DNA of 64,000 nucleotides from an uncultured bacterium (GTDB lineage Bacteria > Planctomycetota > UBA1135): contig CALFOT010000076.1 of NCBI GenBank assembly GCA_937919925.1, forward strand, positions 2,241 through 66,240, read 5' to 3'. The notes beneath the pieces are model-generated. The model searched no databases, was not told the origin of the DNA, and was given only the letters and a program-made list of their open reading frames with translations. Shown one piece after another: positions 51,144-61,438 of this stretch; positions within the stretch are counted from its first letter, which is position 1, and the number at the start of each line of letters is the position of its first letter. The position numbers were made by a program, and so were the translations under genes.

Positions 51144-52763
51144 CTACGGCAACAAACGTAGAGAAATCTTATTGGTCAAATCATCGGTGCTGCCAAAACG
51201 TAGGCCTTGCACATGGACTAACATGCCGAGGAGTCCACTCCGGACAGGGATGGTAAGTGGCATCGACAAACCGCCAAGTGGAATCGTGTTTGGACCGAAG
51301 CGGGTGATTTCAGTGCCAAGATCGATTTCGGTGATTCCAAATGGAGTGACCGAACTGCCGAGGGCAGCGGCAACAGAGAAAAGCAAAGTATTCGCGCCAG
51401 CTGGACTCTCCACGCTAAGGGATCCACCAAGCTGCGGATAACCCAGCAAGTGCAGAGTTTGCTCAGCGCCATCGATGCAAGTCAAGGCACCACCGTTACC
51501 GAAAGTGTTCGCGTGCACTGCTTTGGAACCAGCCAAGATGACGTCGCCATCGGCATCCAAATCCACCGAGAAAGCAGAACCACCGAGGTGAATGGAGCTC
51601 AGTAAGTTGCCTTGGTCATCCATAGAGAAAACTTCGGGAGTGGCACTCATCGAATCTCCCCAAGAGCACCCCGCCAGAACATCGCCAGCATCGCTCATCG
51701 CGAGACCCGAGCTGATGAGTTGGTAAGCGGTGCCCGGTGCATCAAACATTTGTGAGTTCAAATCTAAGCCCGTGCTGACATCCATGATGCCAATTTCGAT
51801 GTGGTCGGAGGAAGGTGAGTAACGCTGCACGCCAAACCCGGCGCGGCTGCCGTCTTGATTCAACGCCGCGCGGCCGGTGTAACTTGCTCCTGGATTTGCG
51901 CGGAAGGCCACTTGGCTCCATACACCTGGCGTAATCTCACGCCGCACAAATAGGCCACTAAAAGTGCCGTACGCAACGGTTTTGCCGTCACCAGAAATTG
52001 CGTGCGCATCAAAACTGGCACCGATAGCGATGGTGGTTAACGCAGCTCCGCTGTTCAAATCGTAAACCACTGCGGTGCCGTTGTAGAGCGCGGCGTAAAG
52101 ACGTGTACCAGTATCATCGATTGCGCCGAAACGCAGATGGCCAGCTGCTGGTACATCCCAACTGCCCAGAGAAAGTCCACTGCGATCCCAAACGCGCAGG
52201 TGCAGTAGTCCGCTGGCATTGGAGGCGGCGGCAACAATGCGGCTACCGTCATCGCTGACGCCAATCATGCTGGCGTACACGTTTCCGGTGGTTGGGAAGG
52301 TTGCCGTCCAATCGGCAATGCCGCTTCCTGCAGAATCCCAAACAGAAACCGTCGACTCAAAATTGGGGCCGCCGAGGTCGTTGGTGATGATGGCGGCGGC
52401 AGTGTGATGGCGATCTGCCATAGCAACTTTCAGTGCCGAGGCACCGACGGCCGAGTTTTCGAAAATTGGTGTGGCGGAGCCCGTTGCCCAGCAAGCCACG
52501 CCTTCATTGTTCAAATCCTTGCCACCGATAGCTGCGGCACCGGAATCACCAACTGCGGCGCTGGAGCCAATCCATGCTAAACCTCCATCGGTCACTTGCC
52601 AGCGCGGGGTACTGACGACCGCGAGCGAATTGGAGAACGGCAGCTTGGGTAAACCAGCATGGGTTTGGTTGACCAAGAAGGCGCCTTCAGGGCGCACCTC
52701 CATCTGTGTACTTTGCAGTACCGGGGATTGGAGTAGTAGAGTGATCAAGGGGAGGAGCAACAT
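51144..52763 (-). CDS. Secreted WD40-like beta-propeller protein with conserved C-terminal domain
   Basis: SD GGAGAG; hydrophobic leader; repeated VSDDGS, IDDTGT, ISGDGK, LNQDGS, MSDAGD, LDADGD blade motifs. Confidence 0.72.
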   Translation of the reverse strand: MLLLPLITLLLQSPVLQSTQMEVRPEGAFLVNQTHAGLPKLPFSNSLAVVSTPRWQVTDGGLAWIGSSAAVGDSGAAAIGGKDLNNEGVACWATGSATPIFENSAVGASALKVAMADRHHTAAAIITNDLGGPNFESTVSVWDSAGSGIADWTATFPTTGNVYASMIGVSDDGSRIVAAASNASGLLHLRVWDRSGLSLGSWDVPAAGHLRFGAIDDTGTRLYAALYNGTAVVYDLNSGAALTTIAIGASFDAHAISGDGKTVAYGTFSGLFVRREITPGVWSQVAFRANPGASYTGRAALNQDGSRAGFGVQRYSPSSDHIEIGIMDVSTGLDLNSQMFDAPGTAYQLISSGLAMSDAGDVLAGCSWGDSMSATPEVFSMDDQGNLLSSIHLGGSAFSVDLDADGDVILAGSKAVHANTFGNGGALTCIDGAEQTLHLLGYPQLGGSLSVESPAGANTLLFSVAAALGSSVTPFGITEIDLGTEITRFGPNTIPLGGLSMPLTIPVRSGLLGMLVHVQGLRFGSTDDLTNKISLRLLP

Positions 52764-52804
52764 CTCTCCATTGTGCCACAAAATTTACAACTGAGGATGG
52801 AAGA

Positions 52805-53326
52805 TTACTTCAGCGAGCGCTGGCCACGCGCCCGCCGCCGTTCATTCAAGGCATACAAAGCAGCCGGCTCCAAGGCGAGAAATTTGATGAGCTGCGAGTT
52901 GGAAATGCGAAAAGCAATTGCGGTGCGGCCGAGGTCGTCTTTTTCCAGAGCCAGCCGATCCAGCACTTCGGCCAGTAGGCCAGGGAAATCCTCATGGGTG
53001 GGATTGACGCGGATTTTGTCGCCACGCAGGCGCTCCATCCACTCCCAAGACGGCTCGTAGGCTCCCGGCGGCATAAAATCGGCGTCCTCCAGAGGGCTGC
53101 GGTAGAGCAAAGCCAGCTTGATGCGCAAACGATACAATGCTTCTAGCTTGTTTTCTAACTGAGAGCGCCGTTCTGTGGCCATAGCCTGAATACCAGTGGG
53201 CTCATGCGTGGCTCGAATGGCTGTAGAAACCTTGTTGCGATGCTGCCCTCCAGGCCCGCTGGAGCGCGTGGGCTGGATAATGACCTCTTTCCCCAATTCC
53301 TCAGCAGATTTCTTGGATGGATGCAC
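52805..53326 (-). CDS. Peptide chain release factor-like (RF-1 domain, GGQ) protein
   Basis: [19 protein letters not shown]; basic C-terminal tail. Confidence 0.85.
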   Translation of the reverse strand: MHPSKKSAEELGKEVIIQPTRSSGPGGQHRNKVSTAIRATHEPTGIQAMATERRSQLENKLEALYRLRIKLALLYRSPLEDADFMPPGAYEPSWEWMERLRGDKIRVNPTHEDFPGLLAEVLDRLALEKDDLGRTAIAFRISNSQLIKFLALEPAALYALNERRRARGQRSLK

Positions 53327-53434
53327 TTCTAAATTCTATCCTTCCCTGAAGGCGAAGGGGGTTTCACAGGTTTTCGGTCCGAAACTAGGAACTTCAACCT
53401 CGCTCGCGGCCTCGTACCGCTAGACCTTAACACG

Positions 53435-55504
53435 ATGATTAGCCAAATCCTTCTACTTTCCTTTGCGCAGCTACAGGGCGCCGACGCGCTCTCCACCCCA
53501 ACTTTTCATTGGGTGGACACTGGTTTTGATCGTGCGCTCTTCCAAATAGAGGATGTCGATGCCAGCAGCAGCTTCGCCATGCGTATCAATGATGATTTAG
53601 CCAGTAAGGCTGGCGTCATCCCGGCTCCAACCCCAGGCTACCTCTTGTCGTCGACGGTGATTGTGGAAACCAAAGAAGTGGCCTCCTTGCAGGCACTAGC
53701 GAGCAGCATTACCGAAAGTTGGGTCGAGCCACTGGAAGGCGTTCCAGGTTTTCAGTTGGTCCACACGAGCTCGGTGCTTGCGGGCCTTGATTTGACTCTC
53801 GCCTTGGAGGCTTATTTCGGCGCCGAAGCGGTGTACCTTGATGCGGAGCGCCCATTGGCAACGCGCACCGTTCCCTCAGATCCAGGTTTTGGCAATCAAT
53901 GGCACCTGCGCAATAATCTCAATGTGATTGCCGATGCGAACGTGGAAGGCGCATGGACTGCTGGCTACACCGGTACTGGCCAAGTCATCGGCATCTTGGA
54001 TGGTGGAGTGCAACTTTCGCACCCGGATCTCAACAATAACTACAACAGTGCCGCCAGTCGGACCGGCAGTCAAAGTAGCCACGGTACTTCTTGTGCAGGG
54101 GTAGCCGCCGCCGAAGGCAATAACGGCGCTGGGGGTGTAGGCGCGGCTTACGATGCCCAATGGTCTAATCTTTATTACGGCAGCAGCTCGACTACGGCCA
54201 CCAACTTTGGCTGGCGTAACGATCTCAATGACATCAAAACGAATTCTTGGGGCCCAGCAGACAACGGCACGATTTCGTACATGACTAGCGCCGAGCGCTC
54301 TGCTTTAGAAGGTGCTGTGTTTACCGGTCGCGGCGGTCTGGGCACGGTGTTTACTTGGGCAGCGGGTAACGGCGGCACGGCCGATCGTGTGGAATACGAT
54401 CCCTACGCCTCCAGCCGCCTCACTTTGGCGATTGGCGCGATTGGCGATGCCGATGTACGCGCCTATTACAATGAAACGGGTTCTTCGATGACGGTTGTGG
54501 CTCATTCGAGTGGCAATAACCGCGGCATTTACACCACCACCACCGGTAGCAGTTACACCTCTAGCTTTGGCGGTACTTCGGCGGCGAGTCCACTGGCCGC
54601 AGGCGTGGTGGCCTTGATTTTGGATGCAAACCCCGCGCTCACTTGGCGTGATGTGACCGGTGTTTTGATTGATTCGGCGCGCAAAAATGATGCCGGTAAC
54701 GGCAACTGGCTGGTCAATGCCACCGGCCGCGATGTGAATATCAACTATGGCTTTGGCGCAGTGGATGCTGAGGCCGCGGTGCAAACGGCACTGACTTGGG
54801 TGAACTATCCAGCAGAATCTTCTGCCACCACTGGGGTGGTCGCTGTCGGTCAAACCATCCCTGACAACAACACCACTGGCTTGACCCGTACGGTCAACAT
54901 TCCGACCGACATCACGGTCGAGGCCGTGGAGTTGAAGATGAATATCCTCCACAACTATGTTGGTGATTTGTACATCAAGTTGACGGCACCGAGTGGTACG
55001 GGTTCGATCTTGACGAAGGTGCGTAATGATGGCACGGACAACTACAACAACTTCATTTTTACTTCCTTACGGCCTTTCGGCGAATCCTCGTTGGGGGATT
55101 GGATCGTAGAAGTTTCGGATCAATCAGCCGGTACCACCGGCACGTGGACCAACTTCACGCTTTCGGTGTTTGGTCACGATGGTGGTGGCAATGCTCTCAC
55201 CTTGTCGTCGCCGGTGGTGACGGCCGGCGCAGTAGCGAACTTCAGTGTGACAAACGGTAATGCGAGTGCCTCCACTTGGCTTGCCTATTCGTTGACTGGA
55301 TTAGGAAGTTTCAACGTTGGTCCACTGGGTGTGACTTTGGGCCTTAACAACCCTCAGCAAATCGGTTCCATGCAAACCACCAATGCTGCCGGTGCCACGG
55401 ATTTCCTCATCAGCGTTCCGGCAGGTGCCACTGGCCACGCTTACTGGGTGCAGTCTTTGCAGGCTGGGAAAGTCAGCAATATCGTCAGCGGTACGGCGCA
55501 ATAA
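53435..55504 (+). CDS. S8 kexin/furin-like serine protease with P domain and conserved C-terminal domain
   Basis: ILDGG...HPDL, HGTSCAG, NSWG, AAGNG, GTSAASP, LTWRDV, YGFG; P domain HNYVGDL...GDW. Confidence 0.93.
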   Translation: MISQILLLSFAQLQGADALSTPTFHWVDTGFDRALFQIEDVDASSSFAMRINDDLASKAGVIPAPTPGYLLSSTVIVETKEVASLQALASSITESWVEPLEGVPGFQLVHTSSVLAGLDLTLALEAYFGAEAVYLDAERPLATRTVPSDPGFGNQWHLRNNLNVIADANVEGAWTAGYTGTGQVIGILDGGVQLSHPDLNNNYNSAASRTGSQSSHGTSCAGVAAAEGNNGAGGVGAAYDAQWSNLYYGSSSTTATNFGWRNDLNDIKTNSWGPADNGTISYMTSAERSALEGAVFTGRGGLGTVFTWAAGNGGTADRVEYDPYASSRLTLAIGAIGDADVRAYYNETGSSMTVVAHSSGNNRGIYTTTTGSSYTSSFGGTSAASPLAAGVVALILDANPALTWRDVTGVLIDSARKNDAGNGNWLVNATGRDVNINYGFGAVDAEAAVQTALTWVNYPAESSATTGVVAVGQTIPDNNTTGLTRTVNIPTDITVEAVELKMNILHNYVGDLYIKLTAPSGTGSILTKVRNDGTDNYNNFIFTSLRPFGESSLGDWIVEVSDQSAGTTGTWTNFTLSVFGHDGGGNALTLSSPVVTAGAVANFSVTNGNASASTWLAYSLTGLGSFNVGPLGVTLGLNNPQQIGSMQTTNAAGATDFLISVPAGATGHAYWVQSLQAGKVSNIVSGTAQ

Positions 55505-55539
55505 GACCCCAGTTGGGCAGGGAGCGGCTATGCTTTGGC

Positions 55540-57252
55540 ATGGGTGAATTCCTCTGGCATAAGTCGTACGAAAAAGGCGTCCCGACCTCGATCGAGTTCG
55601 AAGAAATACCAATTGGCGAATACTTAGATCGCACGGTGAAAGAGTTTGGCAGTCACACCGCGTTGGTGTTTATGAATTGCCAACTGACTTACACTCAGCT
55701 GAAAGAGGAAGTCGATCGGTTCGCCACCGCACTCGCCGGACTCGGTGTGGTGAAGGGCACCCGCGTTGCGGTGCAGGCACCGAATATTCCACAGTGCGCA
55801 ATCGCTTACTTGGCCATCCAGCGCCTGGGGGCGCAAGCGGTCATGACGAATCCGCTTTACATGCCGCGCGAAATCATTCATCAATGGAATGATGCCTCAG
55901 TGGAAGTTGCCATCACCATGGATTTTTTGTGGGATCAGAAGGTGCGCGCCATCCGCGATAAAGTTGGTGTACGGGAGTACATCATTGCTTCGATTCCAGA
56001 GTACTTAAAGTTCCCGCTGAACTATTTGGCACCACTGAAACTGAAGCGTGAAAACCCACCACTGGTGGCGAAAGTAGCCATGGAAGCTGGCGTGCATCTG
56101 TTTCGCAAGTTGCTGAAATCGTCGGCTGCAACACCCCCGAAAGTCCATGTTGGGATGGATGATATTGCTGTCATTCAATATACCGGTGGCACCACAGGCT
56201 TATCGAAGGGCGCCATGCTTTCGCAACGCAACCTTAGTTGCAACGTGCAACAAGTGCGTGCGTGGTTTTTGGGATTGGAGCCAGGCGGCGAAGTCCTTCT
56301 TGCGGTGTTGCCGTTCTTCCATATTTTCGGTTTGACGGTTTGCCTGACTTGGCCAGTCACTGTGGGCGCGGCCATGGTGCTGCAACCAAATCCACGTGAT
56401 ATCCCTGGGTTGATTAAGAACATCACCAAGTTCAAGGTTACGTTGTTTCCAGCTCTGCCAGCCTTATTCAACGCCATCAACAACTTTCCCAATGTTGAGA
56501 CCTTGGATCTTTCTTCGGTGAAGCGCTGCTTCTCCGGTTCGGCACCACTGCCCGAAGACGTACAGAATCGTTTCGAGAAGTTAACCAATTCCATCATCGT
56601 GGAAGGGTTCGGTCTTACCGAAACTTCTCCGGTGGTCACTTGTAATCCGGTCAACGGAAAGCGCAAGATTGGCCACATTGGTGTTCCGGTAGCGAACACG
56701 GAGGTGTGCATTGTGGATTCAGACTCAGGCTTGCCGGAGTTGAAGATTGGCGAAGTTGGCGAGTTGATTGTCAAAGGCCCGCAGGTCATGGTTGGTTATC
56801 TCAACCGTGAGCAAGAAACCGCCAACATGATTCGCAACGGCTGGCTCTACACTGGCGATCTTGCGGTCATGGATCAAGAAGGCTATTTCAGGATTGTTGG
56901 CCGCAAGAAAGATATGATTATTGCATCAGGCTATAACATTTTCCCCGATGAAATCGATCGCGTCCTGATGGCGCACGACAAAATCTTCGAGTCTTGCACC
57001 ATTGGCATTCCGGACGATAAGCGTGGTGAAACGGTCAAGTCTTTTATCGTGATGCAGCCAGGCGAAGTCATGGATGAGGAAGAGCTGAGAGCTTGGTGTG
57101 CATCGGAACTCGCTGCTTACAAAGTGCCGCAGTACTGGGAGTTCCGCAAGGAGCTACCCAAAACAGCCATGATGAAGATGCTACGCAAAGACTTGCGCGA
57201 CGAAGAAATTGCCAAGCAGAAGGCCGCCAAGCAAAAAGCTTCCGATGCATAA
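55540..57252 (+). CDS. fadD: Long-chain-fatty-acid--CoA ligase
   Basis: YTGGTTGLSKG, EGFGLTETSP, GWLYTGD, GRKKD, LAAYKVP. Confidence 0.92.
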   Translation: MGEFLWHKSYEKGVPTSIEFEEIPIGEYLDRTVKEFGSHTALVFMNCQLTYTQLKEEVDRFATALAGLGVVKGTRVAVQAPNIPQCAIAYLAIQRLGAQAVMTNPLYMPREIIHQWNDASVEVAITMDFLWDQKVRAIRDKVGVREYIIASIPEYLKFPLNYLAPLKLKRENPPLVAKVAMEAGVHLFRKLLKSSAATPPKVHVGMDDIAVIQYTGGTTGLSKGAMLSQRNLSCNVQQVRAWFLGLEPGGEVLLAVLPFFHIFGLTVCLTWPVTVGAAMVLQPNPRDIPGLIKNITKFKVTLFPALPALFNAINNFPNVETLDLSSVKRCFSGSAPLPEDVQNRFEKLTNSIIVEGFGLTETSPVVTCNPVNGKRKIGHIGVPVANTEVCIVDSDSGLPELKIGEVGELIVKGPQVMVGYLNREQETANMIRNGWLYTGDLAVMDQEGYFRIVGRKKDMIIASGYNIFPDEIDRVLMAHDKIFESCTIGIPDDKRGETVKSFIVMQPGEVMDEEELRAWCASELAAYKVPQYWEFRKELPKTAMMKMLRKDLRDEEIAKQKAAKQKASDA

Positions 57253-58105
57253 GCCTCCCTTTGTGGTCCCCGATTTGAGCGGACAGGTTGCGGTGATTAC
57301 TGGAGCAAGTCGCGGCATCGGTAAAAATATTGCGCTCGCTTTAGCACGGGCGGGTGCGGATATCGTCATTGCGGCGAAGAGCGAAAAATCACGCGATTTG
57401 TTGCCAGGCAGCATTTATGACACCGCCGCCGAGGTGGAAGCACTAGGACGCCAGGCCTTGGCGGTGAAAACGAATGTGCGTAACGCCGAGGAAGTGGAAG
57501 CGATGGTCGCAGCGGCGTTAGATCGTTTTGGACGTATCGATATTTTGATCAACAATGCTGGGGCGCTGCACTGGAAGGGTGTAGCCGAAACCCCGCCCAA
57601 ACGATTTGATTTGATGATGGAGGTCAATGCACGTGCAGCTCACCTCACGGCGCATTTTGTGTTGCCGCAGATGATTGCGCGGGGCACGGGGTGTATCGTG
57701 CAAATGTCACCACCTTTGGATTTGAGCATGTTGCCAGGGAAAACTGGTTATTGCATGTCCAAGTTCGGCATGAGTTTGCTGGCTATGGGCATTGCCGGAG
57801 AAGTCGCAGACAGTGAGATCCGTTCTTGTGCCTTGTGGCCGGCAACCGCGATTGAATCACAAGCCACCATCAATCATGGCCTGGGTGGACCGGCTCAATG
57901 GCGTCGTGCTGATATCTTGGCTGATGCCATGTTGGCGATTTTGCAGGTGCCGCGTGCGCAAATCCATGGTCGCTGCTTGTTGGACGAAGAAGTTTTGGAA
58001 ATGGTAGGTGTGACGGATTTCGAGCCTTACAACTGCGTCGCAGGCGGCAAGCCGCTACGCATTGTGGGTCCGGGCGGGGTACAGTCTCGGCTCTGGCAGA
58101 GCTGA
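57245..58105 (+). CDS. SDR family oxidoreductase (HSDL2-like)
   Basis: TGASRGIG, NNAG, SPP, YCMSK; overlaps the fadD end. Confidence 0.9.
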   Translation: MHKPPFVVPDLSGQVAVITGASRGIGKNIALALARAGADIVIAAKSEKSRDLLPGSIYDTAAEVEALGRQALAVKTNVRNAEEVEAMVAAALDRFGRIDILINNAGALHWKGVAETPPKRFDLMMEVNARAAHLTAHFVLPQMIARGTGCIVQMSPPLDLSMLPGKTGYCMSKFGMSLLAMGIAGEVADSEIRSCALWPATAIESQATINHGLGGPAQWRRADILADAMLAILQVPRAQIHGRCLLDEEVLEMVGVTDFEPYNCVAGGKPLRIVGPGGVQSRLWQS

Positions 58106-58121
58106 ACCTCCGCTTCCCACC

Positions 58122-60173
58122 TTGCCGCGCCTTCTCGCTCCACTTAGCTGGCTTAACCAGTACCTCAAGCAATCGACCACCGTGTATATGGTGTTGGTCG
58201 CTTCGCTGATTGGACTGCTCGGTGGTTATGCTGCAGTTGGTTTTCGCGTGCTTATCCAGTATTTACAGCAACTCATGTGGAGGTCCCCAGAGTTGTCCAG
58301 TGAGCATTTCAGCTTGCTAGAGTGGCTCTATACTTTGCCTTGGTATTGGCTAGTCTTGGTGCCTACAGCAGGTGGTTTCCTTGTAGGGTTGTTGGTGTAT
58401 TACGGTGCCCCGGAAGCCAAGGGGCATGGTGTCCCGGAGGTGATGCAAGCTGTTGCCGTGGCGCACGGCCGCATCCGCGCGCGCGTGGTCGCCATCAAGG
58501 CACTAGCATCGAGTATTTGTATTGCTTCTGGAGGTTCTGTTGGACGGGAAGGTCCGATTGTTCAGATTGGTTCGGCAATTGGCTCGAGCTGCGGTCAATT
58601 TCTAGGGCTTGGTCCGCGGCGGATGCGTACTTTGGTGGGTTGCGGTGCAGCTGCTGGCATTGCGGCCACCTTCAATGCGCCGGTAGCTGGTGCGTTGTTT
58701 GCAGTCGAGGTGATTCTTGGGGATTTCGGTGTTCCGCAATTTTCGCCAATCGTAATTTCGTCGGTGGTGGCAACAGTCGTTTCACGCCATTTCCTCGGCG
58801 ATTTCCCGGCGTTCGAGATTCCACACTATTCGATGCATCATCCGGCAGAGCTTCTCGCTTATGGAGTACTCGGATTGCTCGCTGGTTTAGTGGCGATTGT
58901 CTTTACCCGCAGCGTCCATTCCGCGGAAGGACTCGGCGAGCGTTTGCGTATTTATCCGCCGTTCAAAACCATGATTGGTGGTTTGCTGATTGGCCTCATC
59001 GCTTTGCGCGTGCCAGAAATTATGGGGGTTGGTTATGAAGCGATGAACCAAGCACTTGTAGGCGAGAACTCTGGTCTTGGCTTACTGATGTTGCTAATTG
59101 TTGCAAAGATAATTGCAGTCAGCATCACGCTTGGATCGGGCGGTTCCGGTGGTATTTTCGCGCCGTCGTTATTTCTTGGTGCAATGCTCGGTGGTGCAGT
59201 GGGGGTGGGGGTGCAGCATTTTTTCCCGGATTCTGCGCCGGCAGGAGCTTATGCGTTGGTGGGCATGGGAGCGCTGGTGGCTTCCACGACTCATGCGCCC
59301 ATCACCGCCATAATGATTTTGTTCGAGCTCACGACCGATTACAAAATCATTTTACCTTTGATGATTTCCAGCATCATCGGCACTTTGGTGATGACGCGCT
59401 TGCATGGCGATTCCATCTACAGCATCAAGTTACGCGGGCGGGGCATCAAAATCCGTCGTGGCCAAGACTTGAATCTGCTACGTAATATTAAGGTCCGAGA
59501 AGTTCTGCGTGAGGACCCGCTGACGGTTTTGCCGAATGAGCGTTTGTCTGGCATGTTGCGCCGCTTGTACCGAGGCTCCGAAACTAGCCTGTATGTGGTG
59601 GATGAAGATGGCGTCTATCACGGCGTGGTGGCGTTGAATGCTTTGCGGCCAATCCTTGAAGACGCCGCGTCGCTGAGTAACTTGTTGCTGGCGAGCGATA
59701 CCGCCAATGTTGATTGGCCAACGGTCACGGCGAACGAAACGCTGGATCAAGTCCTGAAAATTCTGGATGCTGGTTATCGTGACGTCTTGCCGGTTTTAGA
59801 TGGTGAGCGCTTAATTGGCGTGGTGCACTTAGAAGATGTGCTGGAACGCTACCGGATGGAGTTGTTCAAGAACCAGATGGTGGAAGGCTTGGCCGAAAGT
59901 ATGCCCGCTTCCGACCATCGTCAAGATCGTCATCGCGTGGGTAATTTCTTGATGGCGGAAGTCGATGTGCCTCCGACTTTAGCGGGCCGTACCATCGCCG
60001 AAATGGCGGTCCGGCAACGTTATGGCGTCAATGTGTTGCTGGTGCGCACCGAAGGGGTGAAGGGTGAATTTAGTTCCCCGCACCAACCGGATGCGGATTA
60101 TCGTGCCAGCATCGGTGATCGCTTGGTGGTTTTCGGCCCTGAGGCTTCTATCGATCGGATGCAGGATTCTTAG
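58122..60173 (+). CDS. ClC chloride channel/antiporter with CBS pair and TrkA-C domain
   Basis: GHGVPEV, GREGP, FNAPVAG, GGIFAP, SIY; CBS repeats and a C-terminal RCK_C-like domain. Start uncertain. Confidence 0.92.
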   Translation: MPRLLAPLSWLNQYLKQSTTVYMVLVASLIGLLGGYAAVGFRVLIQYLQQLMWRSPELSSEHFSLLEWLYTLPWYWLVLVPTAGGFLVGLLVYYGAPEAKGHGVPEVMQAVAVAHGRIRARVVAIKALASSICIASGGSVGREGPIVQIGSAIGSSCGQFLGLGPRRMRTLVGCGAAAGIAATFNAPVAGALFAVEVILGDFGVPQFSPIVISSVVATVVSRHFLGDFPAFEIPHYSMHHPAELLAYGVLGLLAGLVAIVFTRSVHSAEGLGERLRIYPPFKTMIGGLLIGLIALRVPEIMGVGYEAMNQALVGENSGLGLLMLLIVAKIIAVSITLGSGGSGGIFAPSLFLGAMLGGAVGVGVQHFFPDSAPAGAYALVGMGALVASTTHAPITAIMILFELTTDYKIILPLMISSIIGTLVMTRLHGDSIYSIKLRGRGIKIRRGQDLNLLRNIKVREVLREDPLTVLPNERLSGMLRRLYRGSETSLYVVDEDGVYHGVVALNALRPILEDAASLSNLLLASDTANVDWPTVTANETLDQVLKILDAGYRDVLPVLDGERLIGVVHLEDVLERYRMELFKNQMVEGLAESMPASDHRQDRHRVGNFLMAEVDVPPTLAGRTIAEMAVRQRYGVNVLLVRTEGVKGEFSSPHQPDADYRASIGDRLVVFGPEASIDRMQDS

Positions 60174-60185
60174 GGAAGCTCTGAT

Positions 60186-61037
60186 CTATTCTGTTGCACG
60201 CGTAGCTTGTGCAGCAGCCGCTGCGGCTTCTGCGCGCGCGTAGTCTGCTAGCGTTGGGGTATCGGGCGCTGCTGGTAAATACTTTAAAAACGTTTTGCGT
60301 AGCTCTACTGCTTGTGCGCGCAAATCGCCGCGGGTCCAGTTGCTGGTTTCCAGCGGGGCGAGGAAATCCACTCGAATGGTGCCGGAGCGAATAATCTTAC
60401 TGCCCATACGATTGATTTCTCCAGCGCCACGCATGATGCATGGGATCATCGGTGCACCAGTTTGTTTGGCAAGGTGAAAGGCGCCCATTTTGAACTCCTG
60501 CAAACCACCGCGCCGCGAACGCGTGCCTTCTGGAGCGATCCAAATCGACAAACCTGTTGCGCGAATTTTATCGGCGGCTTCGGCCATGCTTTTCACCGAC
60601 GCGCGGTGATCGCTGCGGTCCACCGGAATGAACCCAATCATGCGCATGACATGCCCCATCAACGGAATCTTGCCGAGTTCCTTTTTGTAAATCATGGTGC
60701 CGTGATCGGTCCATGCCGCACTGTAGACAAATAAGTCGACGATGCTCACGTGGTTAATCGCGAGGATTTTCGCGCCTTCTAGATCGCGGTTTTCCGTCCC
60801 ATGCAGTTCCAGCTTGATGCCGAAAATTTTCAGTAAGCCGCGACCCCAAGAGCGGGTAATGCGCGTGCGATGTTTTTCGAAGTAACGCGGCGTGAATGTC
60901 ATTGTGGCAATCATCCACGGCAAGTTCAGCATACACCACAACACTCCAACGGGTATACATAAGACCGCGCGCAAAGTACTGCCCGTGCGCGGCGGTTGCC
61001 AATTAAGCGGCGCAGCGCCAGAGGTGGAATCACTCAT
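60186..61037 (-). CDS. plsC: 1-acyl-sn-glycerol-3-phosphate acyltransferase
   Basis: NHVSIVD, FIPVDR, PEGTRS, FKMGAF. Confidence 0.9.
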   Translation of the reverse strand: MSDSTSGAAPLNWQPPRTGSTLRAVLCIPVGVLWCMLNLPWMIATMTFTPRYFEKHRTRITRSWGRGLLKIFGIKLELHGTENRDLEGAKILAINHVSIVDLFVYSAAWTDHGTMIYKKELGKIPLMGHVMRMIGFIPVDRSDHRASVKSMAEAADKIRATGLSIWIAPEGTRSRRGGLQEFKMGAFHLAKQTGAPMIPCIMRGAGEINRMGSKIIRSGTIRVDFLAPLETSNWTRGDLRAQAVELRKTFLKYLPAAPDTPTLADYARAEAAAAAAQATRATE

Positions 61038-61055
61038 CAAAAAAAGAAACTAGCC

Positions 61056-61397
61056 CTATTCGCGTTGACCGCGAACCTTAATCTCTTGTTTCTCGAACCA
61101 GCGCGTGAGTTGTGCACGACGATCTCCTTGCACCACGAGCAAGCCATTTTCATCCACCGTGCCGCCGGTACCAAATGCCTTTTTGATATACCCCAGGAAT
61201 TCTTCCGCACGAGTTTCTGGAATATCACGCACGGTGGTCACCACTTTGCTGCCACCACGGCGCTCATAGCCCAGAACGACCATGGTGAATGGCTTACCGG
61301 TTTCCGGATCAAGCTCGGTGCCTTCAGCATCGAAATTGCCGGTACCCTCGACGCCAAGGTCGGAGAAAATTTTACGGAAGGGATTGTCGTCACCCAT
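61056..61397 (-). CDS. yciH: Translation initiation factor SUI1/eIF1 family
   Basis: RRGGSKVVT, KKAFGTGGTV, VQGDRR. Start MGDDNPF chosen from TAGAAT 7 nt upstream. Confidence 0.85.
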   Translation of the reverse strand: MGDDNPFRKIFSDLGVEGTGNFDAEGTELDPETGKPFTMVVLGYERRGGSKVVTTVRDIPETRAEEFLGYIKKAFGTGGTVDENGLLVVQGDRRAQLTRWFEKQEIKVRGQRE

Positions 61398-61404
61398 GCC
61401 CTTC

Positions 61405-61432
61405 ATTCTAAACCAAGCCGCGCGGATAGGAT
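61405..61432. promoter_or_regulatory. Back-to-back -10 boxes for divergent leaderless transcripts (yciH / rfaD)
   Basis: TAGAAT on minus (61405-61410) 7 nt from ATG 61397; TAGGAT on plus (61427-61432) 6 nt from ATG 61439. Confidence 0.55.
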
Positions 61433-61438
61433 ACTGCC

